A stretch of 64,000 bases of DNA from an uncultured Verrucomicrobiae bacterium (GCA_963702845.1 OY969763.1:5536001-5600000), one strand, 5' to 3'; positions 19,691 through 29,871 are shown, counted from the first letter of the stretch. Notes: generated by a model from the sequence alone, not told the origin. Translations and numbers: made by a program.

Positions 19691-19739
19691 CTTTTTGCTT
19701 CGCTTTTGAGAGCGGCTGAACGCACACTGGGCGCTCGCA

Positions 19740-21053
19740 ATGAAGATCAGTATTTTCGGTCTGGGCTATGTCGGCGCCGTTATCACCGGCTGTTTTGCCA
19801 AGGCTGGACACACCGTTATCGGCGTGGATACGGACCAACATAAGGTCGACCTGATTAATCAAGGGCAACCTCCTATCATCGAGCAGGACCTTGAAGGACT
19901 GCTTCAATCCGGGGTCAAAGCAGGCTTGATTCGCGCCACGACGGATCATTCCCAAGCGATTATTGATTCTGAGATTTCCATGATTTGTGTCGGCACACCA
20001 TCGAAGCCAAATGGCGAGCTGGATTTGCGTTTCGTCGCGCGCGTCTGTGAAAACATCGGGGCTGTCCTCCAGTCAAAGAAGGAACGGCACCTCGTGGTGG
20101 TGCGCTCGACGATGTTGCCGGGCTCCATCAAGAACACGGTGCAGCCGACTTTGGAACGCGCTTCGGGGAAGAAGGCTGGTGTGGATTTTGGATTGGCGAT
20201 CAATCCGGAGTTTTTGCGCGAATCGACGGCCGTGCATGATTTTTATCATCCGCCCAAAACAGTGATCGGTTCAACGAACCGCGCGGACGGCGAGTTGGTG
20301 GGGAAGGTTTATGAAGGGTTACCGGCGCCAATGATCCAGACGTCGCTCGAAGTCGCGGAGATGGTCAAGTATGTGGACAATGTTTTTCACGCGTTGAAGA
20401 TCACGTTTGCGAATGAGGTGGGATTGATTTGCAAATCGCTCGGGGTGAACGGGCATGAGGTGATGGATATTTTCTGCCACGATAAGAAGTTGAATTTGTC
20501 GCCGGCATATCTGAAACCGGGGTTCGCATTTGGCGGTTCGTGTTTGCCAAAGGATTTGCGCGCGCTAACGCGCTTGGCGCAGACGCATGATGTTTCGGTG
20601 CCGTTGTTGCATTCGATTTCGCTGAGCAACGAGCATCAGATCAAGCACGCGATCGAGTTGATCCGGCACAAAGGGAAGAGGAAGATCGGGATTCTCGGGT
20701 TCGCGTTCAAGGCAGGCACGGATGATTTGCGTGAGTCGCCGGTGGTGACATTAGCGGAGGCGCTATTGGGGAAGGGTTTTGATATCAAGCTGTATGACAG
20801 CCACGTGTCTCTGGCGAAGTTGATCGGGATGAACCGCAAATATATCGAGGAACATATCCCGCATATTTCGCGGTTGATGGTCAATTCCGTGGAGGAGATT
20901 TTAGCCCATGCAGAGTTGATCTTGATCGGGAATCAGGATGAGCGTTTTTATTCAGCGCTTGCGAATATGCGCTCGGATCAGATCGCGATTGATTTGACGG
21001 CGAAAGCGGGGAGGCCCGAGACACCGGGTGATTACGAGAAGATTAGCGGCTAG
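19740..21053 (+). CDS. algD: GDP-mannose 6-dehydrogenase (UDP-glucose/GDP-mannose dehydrogenase family)
   Basis: MKISIFGLGYVGAV, CVGTPS, NPEFLRESTA, catalytic FGGSCLPKD, FKAGTDDLRESP; closely resembles Pseudomonas AlgD as I recall it. Confidence 0.85.
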   Translation: MKISIFGLGYVGAVITGCFAKAGHTVIGVDTDQHKVDLINQGQPPIIEQDLEGLLQSGVKAGLIRATTDHSQAIIDSEISMICVGTPSKPNGELDLRFVARVCENIGAVLQSKKERHLVVVRSTMLPGSIKNTVQPTLERASGKKAGVDFGLAINPEFLRESTAVHDFYHPPKTVIGSTNRADGELVGKVYEGLPAPMIQTSLEVAEMVKYVDNVFHALKITFANEVGLICKSLGVNGHEVMDIFCHDKKLNLSPAYLKPGFAFGGSCLPKDLRALTRLAQTHDVSVPLLHSISLSNEHQIKHAIELIRHKGKRKIGILGFAFKAGTDDLRESPVVTLAEALLGKGFDIKLYDSHVSLAKLIGMNRKYIEEHIPHISRLMVNSVEEILAHAELILIGNQDERFYSALANMRSDQIAIDLTAKAGRPETPGDYEKISG

Positions 21054-21072
21054 CCGGGGCGAAGGATGAAGG

Positions 21073-21104
21073 AAAACAAAAAGGCCCGGATTGCTCCGAG
21101 CCTT
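21073..21104 (-). terminator. Intrinsic terminator between convergent algD-like gene and trxA
   Basis: AAGGCCCGGA-TTGC-TCCGAGCCTT stem with an A-tract (U-tract on minus). Confidence 0.75.
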
Positions 21105-21126
21105 CTGTGAAAAACTTCTTGAATCT

Positions 21127-21459
21127 TTACGCGGCGACGGCTTTGTCTAAGCTCGTCTTCAAATCCTTCTTCGAGCGCATGCCGACGATTTGTTCGGTGA
21201 CCTGGCCGCCTTTGAAGAGGAGCAGGGTCGGGATCGCGCGGACGTTGTATTGGGACGCGAGCATCTGGTCGTTGTCGATATTGACTTTGCCGATGCGGAC
21301 TTTGCCGTCGTATTCGGCGGCGAGTTCGTCAAGCAAGGGAGCGATCATTTTGCAAGGACCGCACCATTCCGCCCAGAAATCAACGAGAACGGGCGTGGCG
21401 GATGAAAGGACTTCTTTTTGAAAATTGTCCTGCGTGAGCGTGGAAATATTCGGAGCCAT
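21127..21459 (-). CDS. trxA: Thioredoxin
   Basis: [24 protein letters not shown]. Confidence 0.96.
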   Translation of the reverse strand: MAPNISTLTQDNFQKEVLSSATPVLVDFWAEWCGPCKMIAPLLDELAAEYDGKVRIGKVNIDNDQMLASQYNVRAIPTLLLFKGGQVTEQIVGMRSKKDLKTSLDKAVAA

Positions 21460-21479
21460 AAATTGTAGCCAAAACCCGG

Positions 21480-21938
21480 TTACGGAGCTGGTTGATAAAC
21501 CATGAACGCTAAATAGAGCACGCCGCAGAGACCGACGAGCGCGCAAACGGCGGCGCCAATAGCCAAGCCTTTGTCGAGGCCACTGACGGTCGCAACTCCG
21601 GGAGCAGCCATCGGACGAGGCGCGGCAGCGGGTGCTGCAGCGGCCGGGCGCGGAGCTGTTGACGATCCAGGGGGAGCAGAGCGTAAAGTGGTTCCGGAAG
21701 ACGGCGGCGTCGGCGCTTTGGGAGCGGTGCTCGGAGCACCAGCAACCGGGGCTGCACTGGCAGCGCTGCTGGGCGGCGGCGCGCCGGCTGGGAGCGTCGG
21801 CAATTTGATGGTCGGGGCCGATGTCGGCTTAGGCGGCAAATTGATGCGGACAGTTTCTTTTTTGGGCTGAATCTTGGCGGCTTCAGCCGGTTTCGGCGGT
21901 AGTGCGCCGCCGGGAACGTTAGGAGTGATATCGGCCAT
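21480..21938 (-). CDS. Pro/Ala-rich protein with a C-terminal TM anchor
   Basis: [15 protein letters not shown] motif, disordered linker, one C-terminal TM. Confidence 0.75.
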   Translation of the reverse strand: MADITPNVPGGALPPKPAEAAKIQPKKETVRINLPPKPTSAPTIKLPTLPAGAPPPSSAASAAPVAGAPSTAPKAPTPPSSGTTLRSAPPGSSTAPRPAAAAPAAAPRPMAAPGVATVSGLDKGLAIGAAVCALVGLCGVLYLAFMVYQPAP

Positions 21939-22052
21939 AACAGGTCTATTCTGGATTAAAACTAGGTGGCGTGCGGGGTGGTGTCAAACTCTAATCAGTT
22001 AAGGGAAGCTGGTTTAGCAACGGATGACACTCATTTCGATCAGGGATTTGGG

Positions 22053-23783
22053 TTAGTGACTGAACTCGGACTCGTGGATGTATTCTTGTTTTAGGCCGAG
22101 TTTTTCGGGCGCGTGCAGAACGAGCATTTTCATGCGGATATCTTTAGGCACGTCGGCCGAAGTGAGTTTTGAAATGAGGATCATGAGAAAGATCGCGAGG
22201 GGCAAGGCCCAGATGGCGGGTTGTTCTGCCAGAATGCGGAGCAATGGATGGACGGCGTAGTATTCGGAGAGTGGTTTGGCCCAGGCGGCCTGGTCGGCGA
22301 GCATGGTGCTGACGACGGTGGAGAGACTGAGGAGGCCGCCACATAACATTCCTGTGGCCGCGCCTTTCATGGTGATGCCGCGCCACCAAGTGCTCAGGAA
22401 CAGGAGCGGGAAGTAACTGGTCGCGGCGATAGCGAAGGCCCAGCCAACCATTTTGTTGATCTCAAATGTTTCGACGAGCAGTCCGAGCAGCACTGCGCCA
22501 ACGCCGCAAATGATCGCGCAGACTTTGAACATGCGCATGCGTTGTTGTGGTGTGGAATTGGGTTTCAGAATTCGGCCGTAAACATCATGCGCGAGCGCAC
22601 CGGTCATCGAAACCAGCAAACCGCTGAAAGTGCTCATGAAGGCAGCGAACGCGCCTGCGCAGGTGATGCCGCTGAGGATGGAGCCGAGCGGCGGCCATTT
22701 GTCGTTCAGCAATTTTGGCAATTTCAGGACGATGCCATCAGTGCCTTTGACGCCCGCAACGCCATTGTATAGATCGGGCATAAGGTTTCGGCCGAGGACG
22801 CCGAAGACGGGCGGGAACAGATAGAACACGCCGATGAGAATCATGACCCACATGGTGGTGCGTTTTGCCGCGACACCGTCGGGGTTGGTGTAAAAGCGAA
22901 CAAGTATGTGCGGCAGGCCGGCAGTGCCGCAGACGAGGGCGATGATGAGAGAGTAGGTGTAGATCAATGAAAACAATTTTGTCTGGTCCGGTGGCAGGTG
23001 GGCAGCTTTGGCGGCTTTCGTTGTGAGTGGGCCGAAAGGTGAAATCCAAGCTTCGTCTTTGGGAGCTTTTTCGGGCAACGGGCGAACGACGTGATCTGGG
23101 GTTTGAATTGTATTTGCCGTTGATACAACCCCGTAGCTGGTCTGGTTTGCTTGAAGATGTGCGGCGTAGTTACCGTAGACGCTCATCAAAATGAAGATCG
23201 GCACGGAGATGGCGAACATTTTGGCCCAATACTGAAAAGCTTGGACGAGGGTGATGCCTTTCATGCCGCCAAGGGCGACATTGAAGGTGATCACGACACC
23301 GACCAATGCAACGCCGGCCCAGTAAGGTAGGCCGGGGAAGATGTAGGCCAGGGCGACGCCGGCGCCTTTCATTTGCGGCATGGTGTAGAAGAAGCCGATG
23401 AAGAGGACGAAGATAACGGCGATTTTGCGAAAGATCGGGGAGTCGAAACGGCCTTCGGCGAAATCGGGAATGGTGTAAGCACCGAATCGACGGAGCGGGC
23501 CGGCGATGAACAGGAGCAGGAATAAATATCCGCACGCGTAACAAACCGGATACCAAAGTGCGTCGTAACCGGAACTCATCACCATTCCGGCAATGCCCAT
23601 GAAGGATGCGGCGCTTAAGTACTCGCCTGAAATTGCGCTCGCGTTCCAACCGACGCTGACGCTGCGGCCGGCGACGAAAAAGTCTGATGCCGTTTTTGAT
23701 TTTCGTGCGGACCAGAAACCCATCGCGAGGGTCGCGCCGACCATTATCGCGGCGAAGGTGAGGACGTAGGGGTCGATGTTCAT
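22053..23783 (-). CDS. actP: Cation/acetate symporter (sodium:solute symporter family)
   Basis: DFFVAGR, AISGEYLSAASF, GTAGLPHILVRFYT; paired with DUF485. Confidence 0.88.
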   Translation of the reverse strand: MNIDPYVLTFAAIMVGATLAMGFWSARKSKTASDFFVAGRSVSVGWNASAISGEYLSAASFMGIAGMVMSSGYDALWYPVCYACGYLFLLLFIAGPLRRFGAYTIPDFAEGRFDSPIFRKIAVIFVLFIGFFYTMPQMKGAGVALAYIFPGLPYWAGVALVGVVITFNVALGGMKGITLVQAFQYWAKMFAISVPIFILMSVYGNYAAHLQANQTSYGVVSTANTIQTPDHVVRPLPEKAPKDEAWISPFGPLTTKAAKAAHLPPDQTKLFSLIYTYSLIIALVCGTAGLPHILVRFYTNPDGVAAKRTTMWVMILIGVFYLFPPVFGVLGRNLMPDLYNGVAGVKGTDGIVLKLPKLLNDKWPPLGSILSGITCAGAFAAFMSTFSGLLVSMTGALAHDVYGRILKPNSTPQQRMRMFKVCAIICGVGAVLLGLLVETFEINKMVGWAFAIAATSYFPLLFLSTWWRGITMKGAATGMLCGGLLSLSTVVSTMLADQAAWAKPLSEYYAVHPLLRILAEQPAIWALPLAIFLMILISKLTSADVPKDIRMKMLVLHAPEKLGLKQEYIHESEFSH

Positions 23784-23796
23784 GCGGAAGAAGTAT

Positions 23797-24132
23797 TCAG
23801 TTTTCAGTATTCAGTGGTACGGCGGCAGGACTGTGTGCGGGTGTGCTGATGACTGATTTCACTTCGTCTTCCTCTAATGCGATGGAGCGTTTGATGAAGT
23901 AGAAGGAAATGAACCAAACGAATGGGAAAAAGAGGACGCCCAGGACGAACCATGTCAGGGTGAAACCGAAGACGCGCGTGGACATTAATTCAGGAGCGAA
24001 GTAGTTGGCTAGTGGCAACCCGAGGAGCACGATCATGAAGGTGGCGGCGCAACCGATAGAGAGTTTTAGCTGCCGTCGCATCAGGGCGTGAAGAAAGCTC
24101 TTGCTGTGAGGGTCGAATTTCTGGGGCTGCAT
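23797..24132 (-). CDS. DUF485 (YjcH-like) membrane protein
   Basis: Two TM helices, directly upstream of actP. Confidence 0.85.
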   Translation of the reverse strand: MQPQKFDPHSKSFLHALMRRQLKLSIGCAATFMIVLLGLPLANYFAPELMSTRVFGFTLTWFVLGVLFFPFVWFISFYFIKRSIALEEDEVKSVISTPAHSPAAVPLNTEN

Positions 24133-24204
24133 CTGTTGGGTTTAACAGAAGAGTGGAGAAGCGGCAATCAATCTAACAAAATCGATTTACGAAATTCAAA
24201 AATT

Positions 24205-24273
24205 GGCACGGTAGGAGCCTCGCCCTACCGAGAAATTCGAATTCAGTTAGAGCCTCCTTACGTCGGCGTCTAC
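24205..24273 (-). repeat. Two GTAG-type REP-like elements
   Basis: CGGTAGG..CCTACCG hairpin (24209-24230); GTAGACGCCGACGTAAGGAGGCTCTAA (24273-24247) matches 1480-1506. Confidence 0.7.
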
Positions 24274-26012
24274 GAAGACGCTTGTGTGAGCAGGAGCGTT
24301 TGTTCGAGGGTGGAGGCGCCATCGCGGACTTTTTCCAAAGCAATTTGACGCAGGGTCTTCATGCCTTCGGCGACGGCGGTCTTCGTGATTTCCTGGGCGC
24401 TGACGCGTTGGAGAATCAAGCGACGAATAACGTCGGTGACGGTCATGGCTTCGATGATGGCCAGACGTCCAGTGTAGCCGGTGTTCTTGCAGCGTTCGCA
24501 ACCGCGGCCACGGAAAATTGTATTCTCCTTGAAGAAGTCGTGCTCGATTCTCAAGTCGTCGAACATTTTGGTCGGATAAACAACCGGTTCTTTACACGCA
24601 GGGCAGATGCGGCGCATCAAGCGTTGCGCGCAGGCGAGAATGACAGACGAGGAAATCAGGAATGGAGGAATCTCCATGTCGTCGAGACGCGAGACGGCGC
24701 CGGCGGCGTCGTTACAGTGCATCGTGCTCAAGACCTGGTGACCGGTGAGCGCGGATTCAACGGCGATTTCAGCCGTTTCGGTATCGCGAATTTCACCGAT
24801 CATGATGATGTCGGGGTCTTGACGCAAAATAGAGCGCAAGCAGTTTGCAAACGTCAGGCCGATTTCCTTTTTGACTGGCACCTGGTTGATGCCGGGGATC
24901 TGGAATTCGACGGGATCTTCGACGGTGATGATGTTGAACTCGGGATTGTTAAGTTCGTTCAAACACGAATAAAGCGTGGTCGTTTTTCCGGAGCCGGTTG
25001 GTCCAGTCACGAGCAGGAGTCCGTGTGGGGCATCGACGGCGGCGCGGAAACGAGTATACGTTTCAATATCCAGCCCAAGTTTCTCCATGCTTGCAGACAA
25101 ATTACCTTTGTCCAACACACGCATAACGCACTTCTCGCCATGCACAGTGGGCAGGAACGAAACGCGCATGTCGATGTCGCGACCGCCAACGCGGACGCGT
25201 AGACGACCGTCTTGCGGCAAGCGGCGTTCGGCAATGTCCAAACTGCTCATAACCTTCAAACGCGAGGCGAGCGCGACCTGCAGCGCTTTCGGTGGCGGCG
25301 GCATGTCGATAAGCGAACCATCGATACGGTAACGCAAGCGCACCATGTTTTCGAAGGGCTCAATGTGAATATCGCTGGCGCGGTCGCGAATGGCCTGGAC
25401 GATGACCAGGTTGGCAAGTTTGATGACCGGCGCGTCTTCAGTAGACGCGGCGAGTTGCGCGAGATCGACGATTTCAATCTGCTGCTGCGCAACTTGCAGA
25501 TCATCCGCTTCAGCTTCGGCTTCGGCCTGCTTCTGCGCGTCGTTGATGATCTCCTCCATGCTGTTGCGGCCGGGAGATTCGAGGTTGTTAAGCTTGTCGA
25601 CGATTGCCTTTTCAGAGGAAATCAGCGGCGACACTTCCATGCGCGTAATCCGCTTAATGTCGTCAACGGCCAAGACGTTGAGCGGGTCGGCCATCGCAAG
25701 GAAGAGCTTGCTGCCAAGGCGCGAGATCGCAATCACCTTGTGAGTCAGCGCCGTGTCCCTGGGAATGAGTTCGGAAACATCGGAAGCGATGGCAGCACGC
25801 GGCAAATTAATTGGCGGAACATTGAGCACGCGGCCCATGGCCACGACCAGGTCCGCTTCAGCCACGAGCGCGCCGTCCTGAATCAGTTTCATCAGGCGGG
25901 TGCCGTCTTTCTTTTGGCGCTCGAGCAAGCCTGTGACCTGCTCGTTCGTCAACAGCCCGTCTTGGACGAGGGTATCGGCGATGCGTTCTCCAAATGATTT
26001 GACGGGTGGCAT
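24270..26012 (-). CDS. pilB: Type IV pilus/T2SS assembly ATPase (PilB/GspE family)
   Basis: ASDIHIEP, ERRLPQDG, GPTGSGKTTTLY, TVEDPVE, LRQDPD..GEIRD, TGH..STMH, CxxC..CxxC. Confidence 0.9.
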   Translation of the reverse strand: MPPVKSFGERIADTLVQDGLLTNEQVTGLLERQKKDGTRLMKLIQDGALVAEADLVVAMGRVLNVPPINLPRAAIASDVSELIPRDTALTHKVIAISRLGSKLFLAMADPLNVLAVDDIKRITRMEVSPLISSEKAIVDKLNNLESPGRNSMEEIINDAQKQAEAEAEADDLQVAQQQIEIVDLAQLAASTEDAPVIKLANLVIVQAIRDRASDIHIEPFENMVRLRYRIDGSLIDMPPPPKALQVALASRLKVMSSLDIAERRLPQDGRLRVRVGGRDIDMRVSFLPTVHGEKCVMRVLDKGNLSASMEKLGLDIETYTRFRAAVDAPHGLLLVTGPTGSGKTTTLYSCLNELNNPEFNIITVEDPVEFQIPGINQVPVKKEIGLTFANCLRSILRQDPDIIMIGEIRDTETAEIAVESALTGHQVLSTMHCNDAAGAVSRLDDMEIPPFLISSSVILACAQRLMRRICPACKEPVVYPTKMFDDLRIEHDFFKENTIFRGRGCERCKNTGYTGRLAIIEAMTVTDVIRRLILQRVSAQEITKTAVAEGMKTLRQIALEKVRDGASTLEQTLLLTQASS

Positions 26013-26017
26013 GGTGA

Positions 26018-26833
26018 TTATCTGAAAGCTTTGGCCAACGTTTTAAGCAAATCGAGCGGTGGAACGAGATACCACACGATGTGGCACTTGGCAGCTTGTT
26101 CCATTTCGGCCATGGCTTGCTTGTTAAAAGGATTGGCGGTGCCGACGAGCAATGACTTGCTCATGCGGTCGAAAGGCAGGATGCACCAGCGCAGGCACAT
26201 GGCCCGCGGGAAAGTGCGGGTTAATTCGATATCCAGATCGTAACGGCCAATCGGTAGAAACGGCAACCGCGAGCGGTCGGAAATAAGGCGCATCGATTTG
26301 TCGAGCGGAGCGATGTCCTTTTCGGTCAGCACGTGGATGAATGGTTCATTCGGTTTGGACGGTGTGTCGTGCGGGTTCACTTTCGGCCAATTTGCTTCGA
26401 AGTTGGCGTCTGTGATGATTTTTCCTTCGACGAAAATTTTTCGCATGACGGCTTTGCCATCATCGAGTTGGCCGGGAGCGGAAGGTTTATCTGTTCTAAC
26501 GGTTTCCGGTTCAGGCGCGTTGGATGTGTTAAGCTTTTCTGCTCTGGAAGAAAGTTGTTTGATCGCGGCGGTCGCCTCAGCGTCATCTGGAATCCGTTGC
26601 AGGATTGTTTCGTATTCCATGATGGCCGAGGAAAGCTGGCCAAGGTGGACGTAAGCGTTGCCAATTCGGCGGCAGGTGGCGACGACTTCATTGTCCATGC
26701 CCAACTTGAGGTAGGCCTCCTTGAGAATGTCCAAAGATTGGTAGTCCAGTGGCTGTGTTTGAGTGATAACTTCAAACATTTCCACTGTCTGTCTCAACTG
26801 CGCCTCGTCGCCCGTATTTAGCTTTGATTGCAT
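26018..26833 (-). CDS. TPR-like plus GspE N-terminal-like domain protein
   Basis: Helical TPR-like N-terminus; C-terminal ILPFDRMSKSLLVGTANPF resembles T2SSE_N; adjacent to pilB. Confidence 0.7.
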   Translation of the reverse strand: MQSKLNTGDEAQLRQTVEMFEVITQTQPLDYQSLDILKEAYLKLGMDNEVVATCRRIGNAYVHLGQLSSAIMEYETILQRIPDDAEATAAIKQLSSRAEKLNTSNAPEPETVRTDKPSAPGQLDDGKAVMRKIFVEGKIITDANFEANWPKVNPHDTPSKPNEPFIHVLTEKDIAPLDKSMRLISDRSRLPFLPIGRYDLDIELTRTFPRAMCLRWCILPFDRMSKSLLVGTANPFNKQAMAEMEQAAKCHIVWYLVPPLDLLKTLAKAFR

Positions 26834-27008
26834 TTCGCGTCGTGTCATCCACCGCGTAGCCGCAACTGTAGAGAGCTGTAAATTAAAGCTCAACAAAATT
26901 GCGCAACGTATTCAACAAATGGCAGTTGCATCGGATGACAGGGCAATCGCCGAGCGAAAATGCTGGCGAAAGTCGCTGCGTGTCCTAAGTTACAACGCCT
27001 TTCTTAAT

Positions 27009-27884
27009 ATGTTGACCGGTACGTATACAGCAATAGTCACGCCATTTAAGCGTGGGCAGTTCGATGCGGAAGCCTTCAAGCGCCTTATAGAGCTTCAAGT
27101 TAAGGGCGGCGTGGACGGAATTGTACCGGTCGGCACGACCGGTGAGTCGCCGACGGTTAATTACCAGGAACATATCGACATCATCGCGAAGGCGGTGGAG
27201 TTTGCGCGCGGACGCCTCCATATCATGGCCGGCACCGGCGGTAATTCGACGAGCGAAGCGGTGTATCTAACACAAGAAGCCGAGAAGGCCGGCGCCGATT
27301 CGTCTCTACAGGTCGCGCCTTATTATAATAAGCCGACGCAGGAAGGGCTGTTCCAACATTTTCTCGAAGTCAGTCGTGCGACGAAGTTGCCGATTATTCT
27401 ATATAGCATCCCGTCGCGTTGTGGCGTGGAGATTGCGGTCGAGACGGTGCATCGGTTGGCGGCGGCGAGTCCGAAAATCGTCGCCATCAAAGAAGCTGGC
27501 GGCAATCCGGATCGGGTCAGCCAATTGCGCGCAAAGCTCGGGAAGCGATTTGCGATTTTCTCGGGTGACGATGCCTTGACTCTGCCGTTTATGTCTGTCG
27601 GCGCCCATGGCGTGATCAGCGTGGCATCGAATGTCATCCCGAAACAGGTATCGCAAATGGTAGCTGCGTTCGCGAAGGGGGACATGGCGCGTGCGTTAAA
27701 ACTGCACGAGCAGTATTATCCAATTTTTAAAGATTTGTTCATCGAGACAAACCCTGTCCCTGTGAAGACGGCGTTGGCGATGATGAATGTATGCGGTGAA
27801 GAATGCCGGTTGCCGCTGGTGGGCATGAGCCCAAAGAATCGCGATATTTTGCGCGCGACTTTGAAAAGTTGCGGCGTAATTTAG
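27009..27884 (+). CDS. dapA: 4-hydroxy-tetrahydrodipicolinate synthase
   Basis: TAIVTPF, GTTGES, PYYNKP, IKEA, SGDD, ETNPVPVK. Confidence 0.96.
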   Translation: MLTGTYTAIVTPFKRGQFDAEAFKRLIELQVKGGVDGIVPVGTTGESPTVNYQEHIDIIAKAVEFARGRLHIMAGTGGNSTSEAVYLTQEAEKAGADSSLQVAPYYNKPTQEGLFQHFLEVSRATKLPIILYSIPSRCGVEIAVETVHRLAAASPKIVAIKEAGGNPDRVSQLRAKLGKRFAIFSGDDALTLPFMSVGAHGVISVASNVIPKQVSQMVAAFAKGDMARALKLHEQYYPIFKDLFIETNPVPVKTALAMMNVCGEECRLPLVGMSPKNRDILRATLKSCGVI

Positions 27885-27909
27885 GAAAAAAGCGCAAACA
27901 AACTTTCTA

Positions 27910-28695
27910 ATGACAAAGGTTGTTATTACCGGAGCTTACGGACGCATGGGCATGAGCCTGTTGCGGTGCGCAGAACAGATTCCCGCGATCGACGTCGTGG
28001 GGCAGATCGATATGGGACAGGATCTCCGCGAGGTGATCGAGAAGGCGGACGTGGTGATTGATTTCTCGTATCACGAAGCGACGGTGCGCTTTGCTGATAT
28101 TTGCGCGACCAACAGGAAAGCTATCGTGATTGGCACAACCGGCCACACGCAATCCGAAACGGCTGAGTTGAAAAAACTTTCGGCGTGCGTGCCAATGGTT
28201 TGGACTTCCAACTATTCGACGGGAGTCAACACGCTGTTCTGGCTGACGCGCAAAGCGGCGGAAATTTTAGGGTCCGATTTCGATATCGAAATTGTCGAGA
28301 TGCATCATCGCCTCAAAAAAGATGCTCCAAGCGGGACGGCAAAAACACTCGCTGAAATTCTTGCCTCGGTTCGCAAACACCAACTTGATGAGGTGCTTCG
28401 CCACGGACGTGAAGGTTTAGTCGGCGAACGCACCGCAGCTGAAATCGGGATGCACTCGTTGCGCGGCGGCGATGTTGTCGGCGATCACACCGTGATTTTC
28501 GCGAAAAATGGGGAGCGCCTGGAACTCGCTCACAAGGCCTCAAGCCGGGAGACTTTTGCGAACGGCGCACTGCGCGCCGCCGCATGGATCGTGGGTAAAG
28601 ACCCCGGCATATATGATATGCTCGATGTGCTGGGCCTGACCGAAGGACGCAACGATTCCGATACGAAGCGAATCAGCCGCGCCAAAAGCCGCTAG
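27910..28695 (+). CDS. dapB: 4-hydroxy-tetrahydrodipicolinate reductase
   Basis: GAYGRMG, IGTTG, EMHHRLKKDAPSGTA, RGGDVVGDH. Confidence 0.96.
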   Translation: MTKVVITGAYGRMGMSLLRCAEQIPAIDVVGQIDMGQDLREVIEKADVVIDFSYHEATVRFADICATNRKAIVIGTTGHTQSETAELKKLSACVPMVWTSNYSTGVNTLFWLTRKAAEILGSDFDIEIVEMHHRLKKDAPSGTAKTLAEILASVRKHQLDEVLRHGREGLVGERTAAEIGMHSLRGGDVVGDHTVIFAKNGERLELAHKASSRETFANGALRAAAWIVGKDPGIYDMLDVLGLTEGRNDSDTKRISRAKSR

Positions 28696-29795
28696 ACGTT
28701 AAACTTAAAAAGCAGCACGTCGCCGTCCTTAACGATGTATTCCTTACCTTCCATCCGGTAGAGGCCTTTTTCACGCGCTGCTGCGACGGACCCGCATTTC
28801 ATCAGGTCGTCGTAGGCGACGGTTTCCGCTTTGATGAAGCCACGTTCGAAATCGCTGTGAATGACGCCAGCCGCTTTGGGCGCGGTGTCGCCGGCGTGAA
28901 TGGTCCAGGCGCGAACTTCTTTTTCACCAGCAGTGAAATAAGTGCGCAATCCAAGCAGATGATAGGTGCTGCGAATGAGCGCGCCGACGCCCGACTCATT
29001 TACGCCAAGCTCTTTGAGAAACGCGTCAGCTTCTTCCTGGGACAGGTCGACGAGATCGCTTTCAATTTGTGCGCTAATGACGACGGTTTCGCAGGAGTGA
29101 TGCGCTTTCGCATAATCGCGCACGGCTTTCACGTGCGGGTTGGCATCGGCATTGGCCAAATCATTTTCTTTTACATTCGCGGCGTAGATCGTCGGTTTAT
29201 CGGTGAGCAAATAGAAACCGCGTGCAATGACCTTGTCTTCGGGCGTGATTTCGAGAGTGATACCGGGCTTGCCCGCATTGAAGTGCGTTTCGAATTTTTT
29301 CAAAACTTCCGCTTCAGCCACCGCCACCTTATCTCCGCGCTTGGCATCTTTGGCGCCGCGTTCCAAACGTTTTTGCACCGCTTCCAAATCCGAGAGCACC
29401 AGTTCAGTGGTGATGGTCTCAATATCGCGAATCGGATCAATGGCTCCGGCGACGTGATGAATATCGGGGTCTTCAAAACACCGAACCACCTGCACCAGCG
29501 CGTCCACTTCGCGGATGTGACTGAGGAATTTATTGCCGAGACCTTCGCCTGTGGCCGCGCCTTTGACGAGACCGGCGATATCCACAAATTCAACTGCCGC
29601 GGGAATAATAACCTGCGTTTTGGCAACTTTCGAGAGTGGTTCCAGTCGTGCATCAGGCACGGTCACGATGCCGACGTTTGGGTCGATCGTGCAAAAAGGA
29701 TAGTTGGCCGCCTGCGCTTTGCGCGTGCGTGTGACCGCATTAAACAGCGTGCTTTTACCAACATTGGGCAGACCGACGATTCCAGCTTTCAGCAT
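28692..29795 (-). CDS. ychF: Redox-regulated ATPase YchF
   Basis: [41 protein letters not shown] domain. Confidence 0.97.
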   Translation of the reverse strand: MLKAGIVGLPNVGKSTLFNAVTRTRKAQAANYPFCTIDPNVGIVTVPDARLEPLSKVAKTQVIIPAAVEFVDIAGLVKGAATGEGLGNKFLSHIREVDALVQVVRCFEDPDIHHVAGAIDPIRDIETITTELVLSDLEAVQKRLERGAKDAKRGDKVAVAEAEVLKKFETHFNAGKPGITLEITPEDKVIARGFYLLTDKPTIYAANVKENDLANADANPHVKAVRDYAKAHHSCETVVISAQIESDLVDLSQEEADAFLKELGVNESGVGALIRSTYHLLGLRTYFTAGEKEVRAWTIHAGDTAPKAAGVIHSDFERGFIKAETVAYDDLMKCGSVAAAREKGLYRMEGKEYIVKDGDVLLFKFNV

Positions 29796-29871
29796 ATCTG
29801 TTAATTGTAAGCACAGAACTCGACGGTAACAAAGAGGTTTGAAGAAAATGACGAATGACGAAATTCGATCG

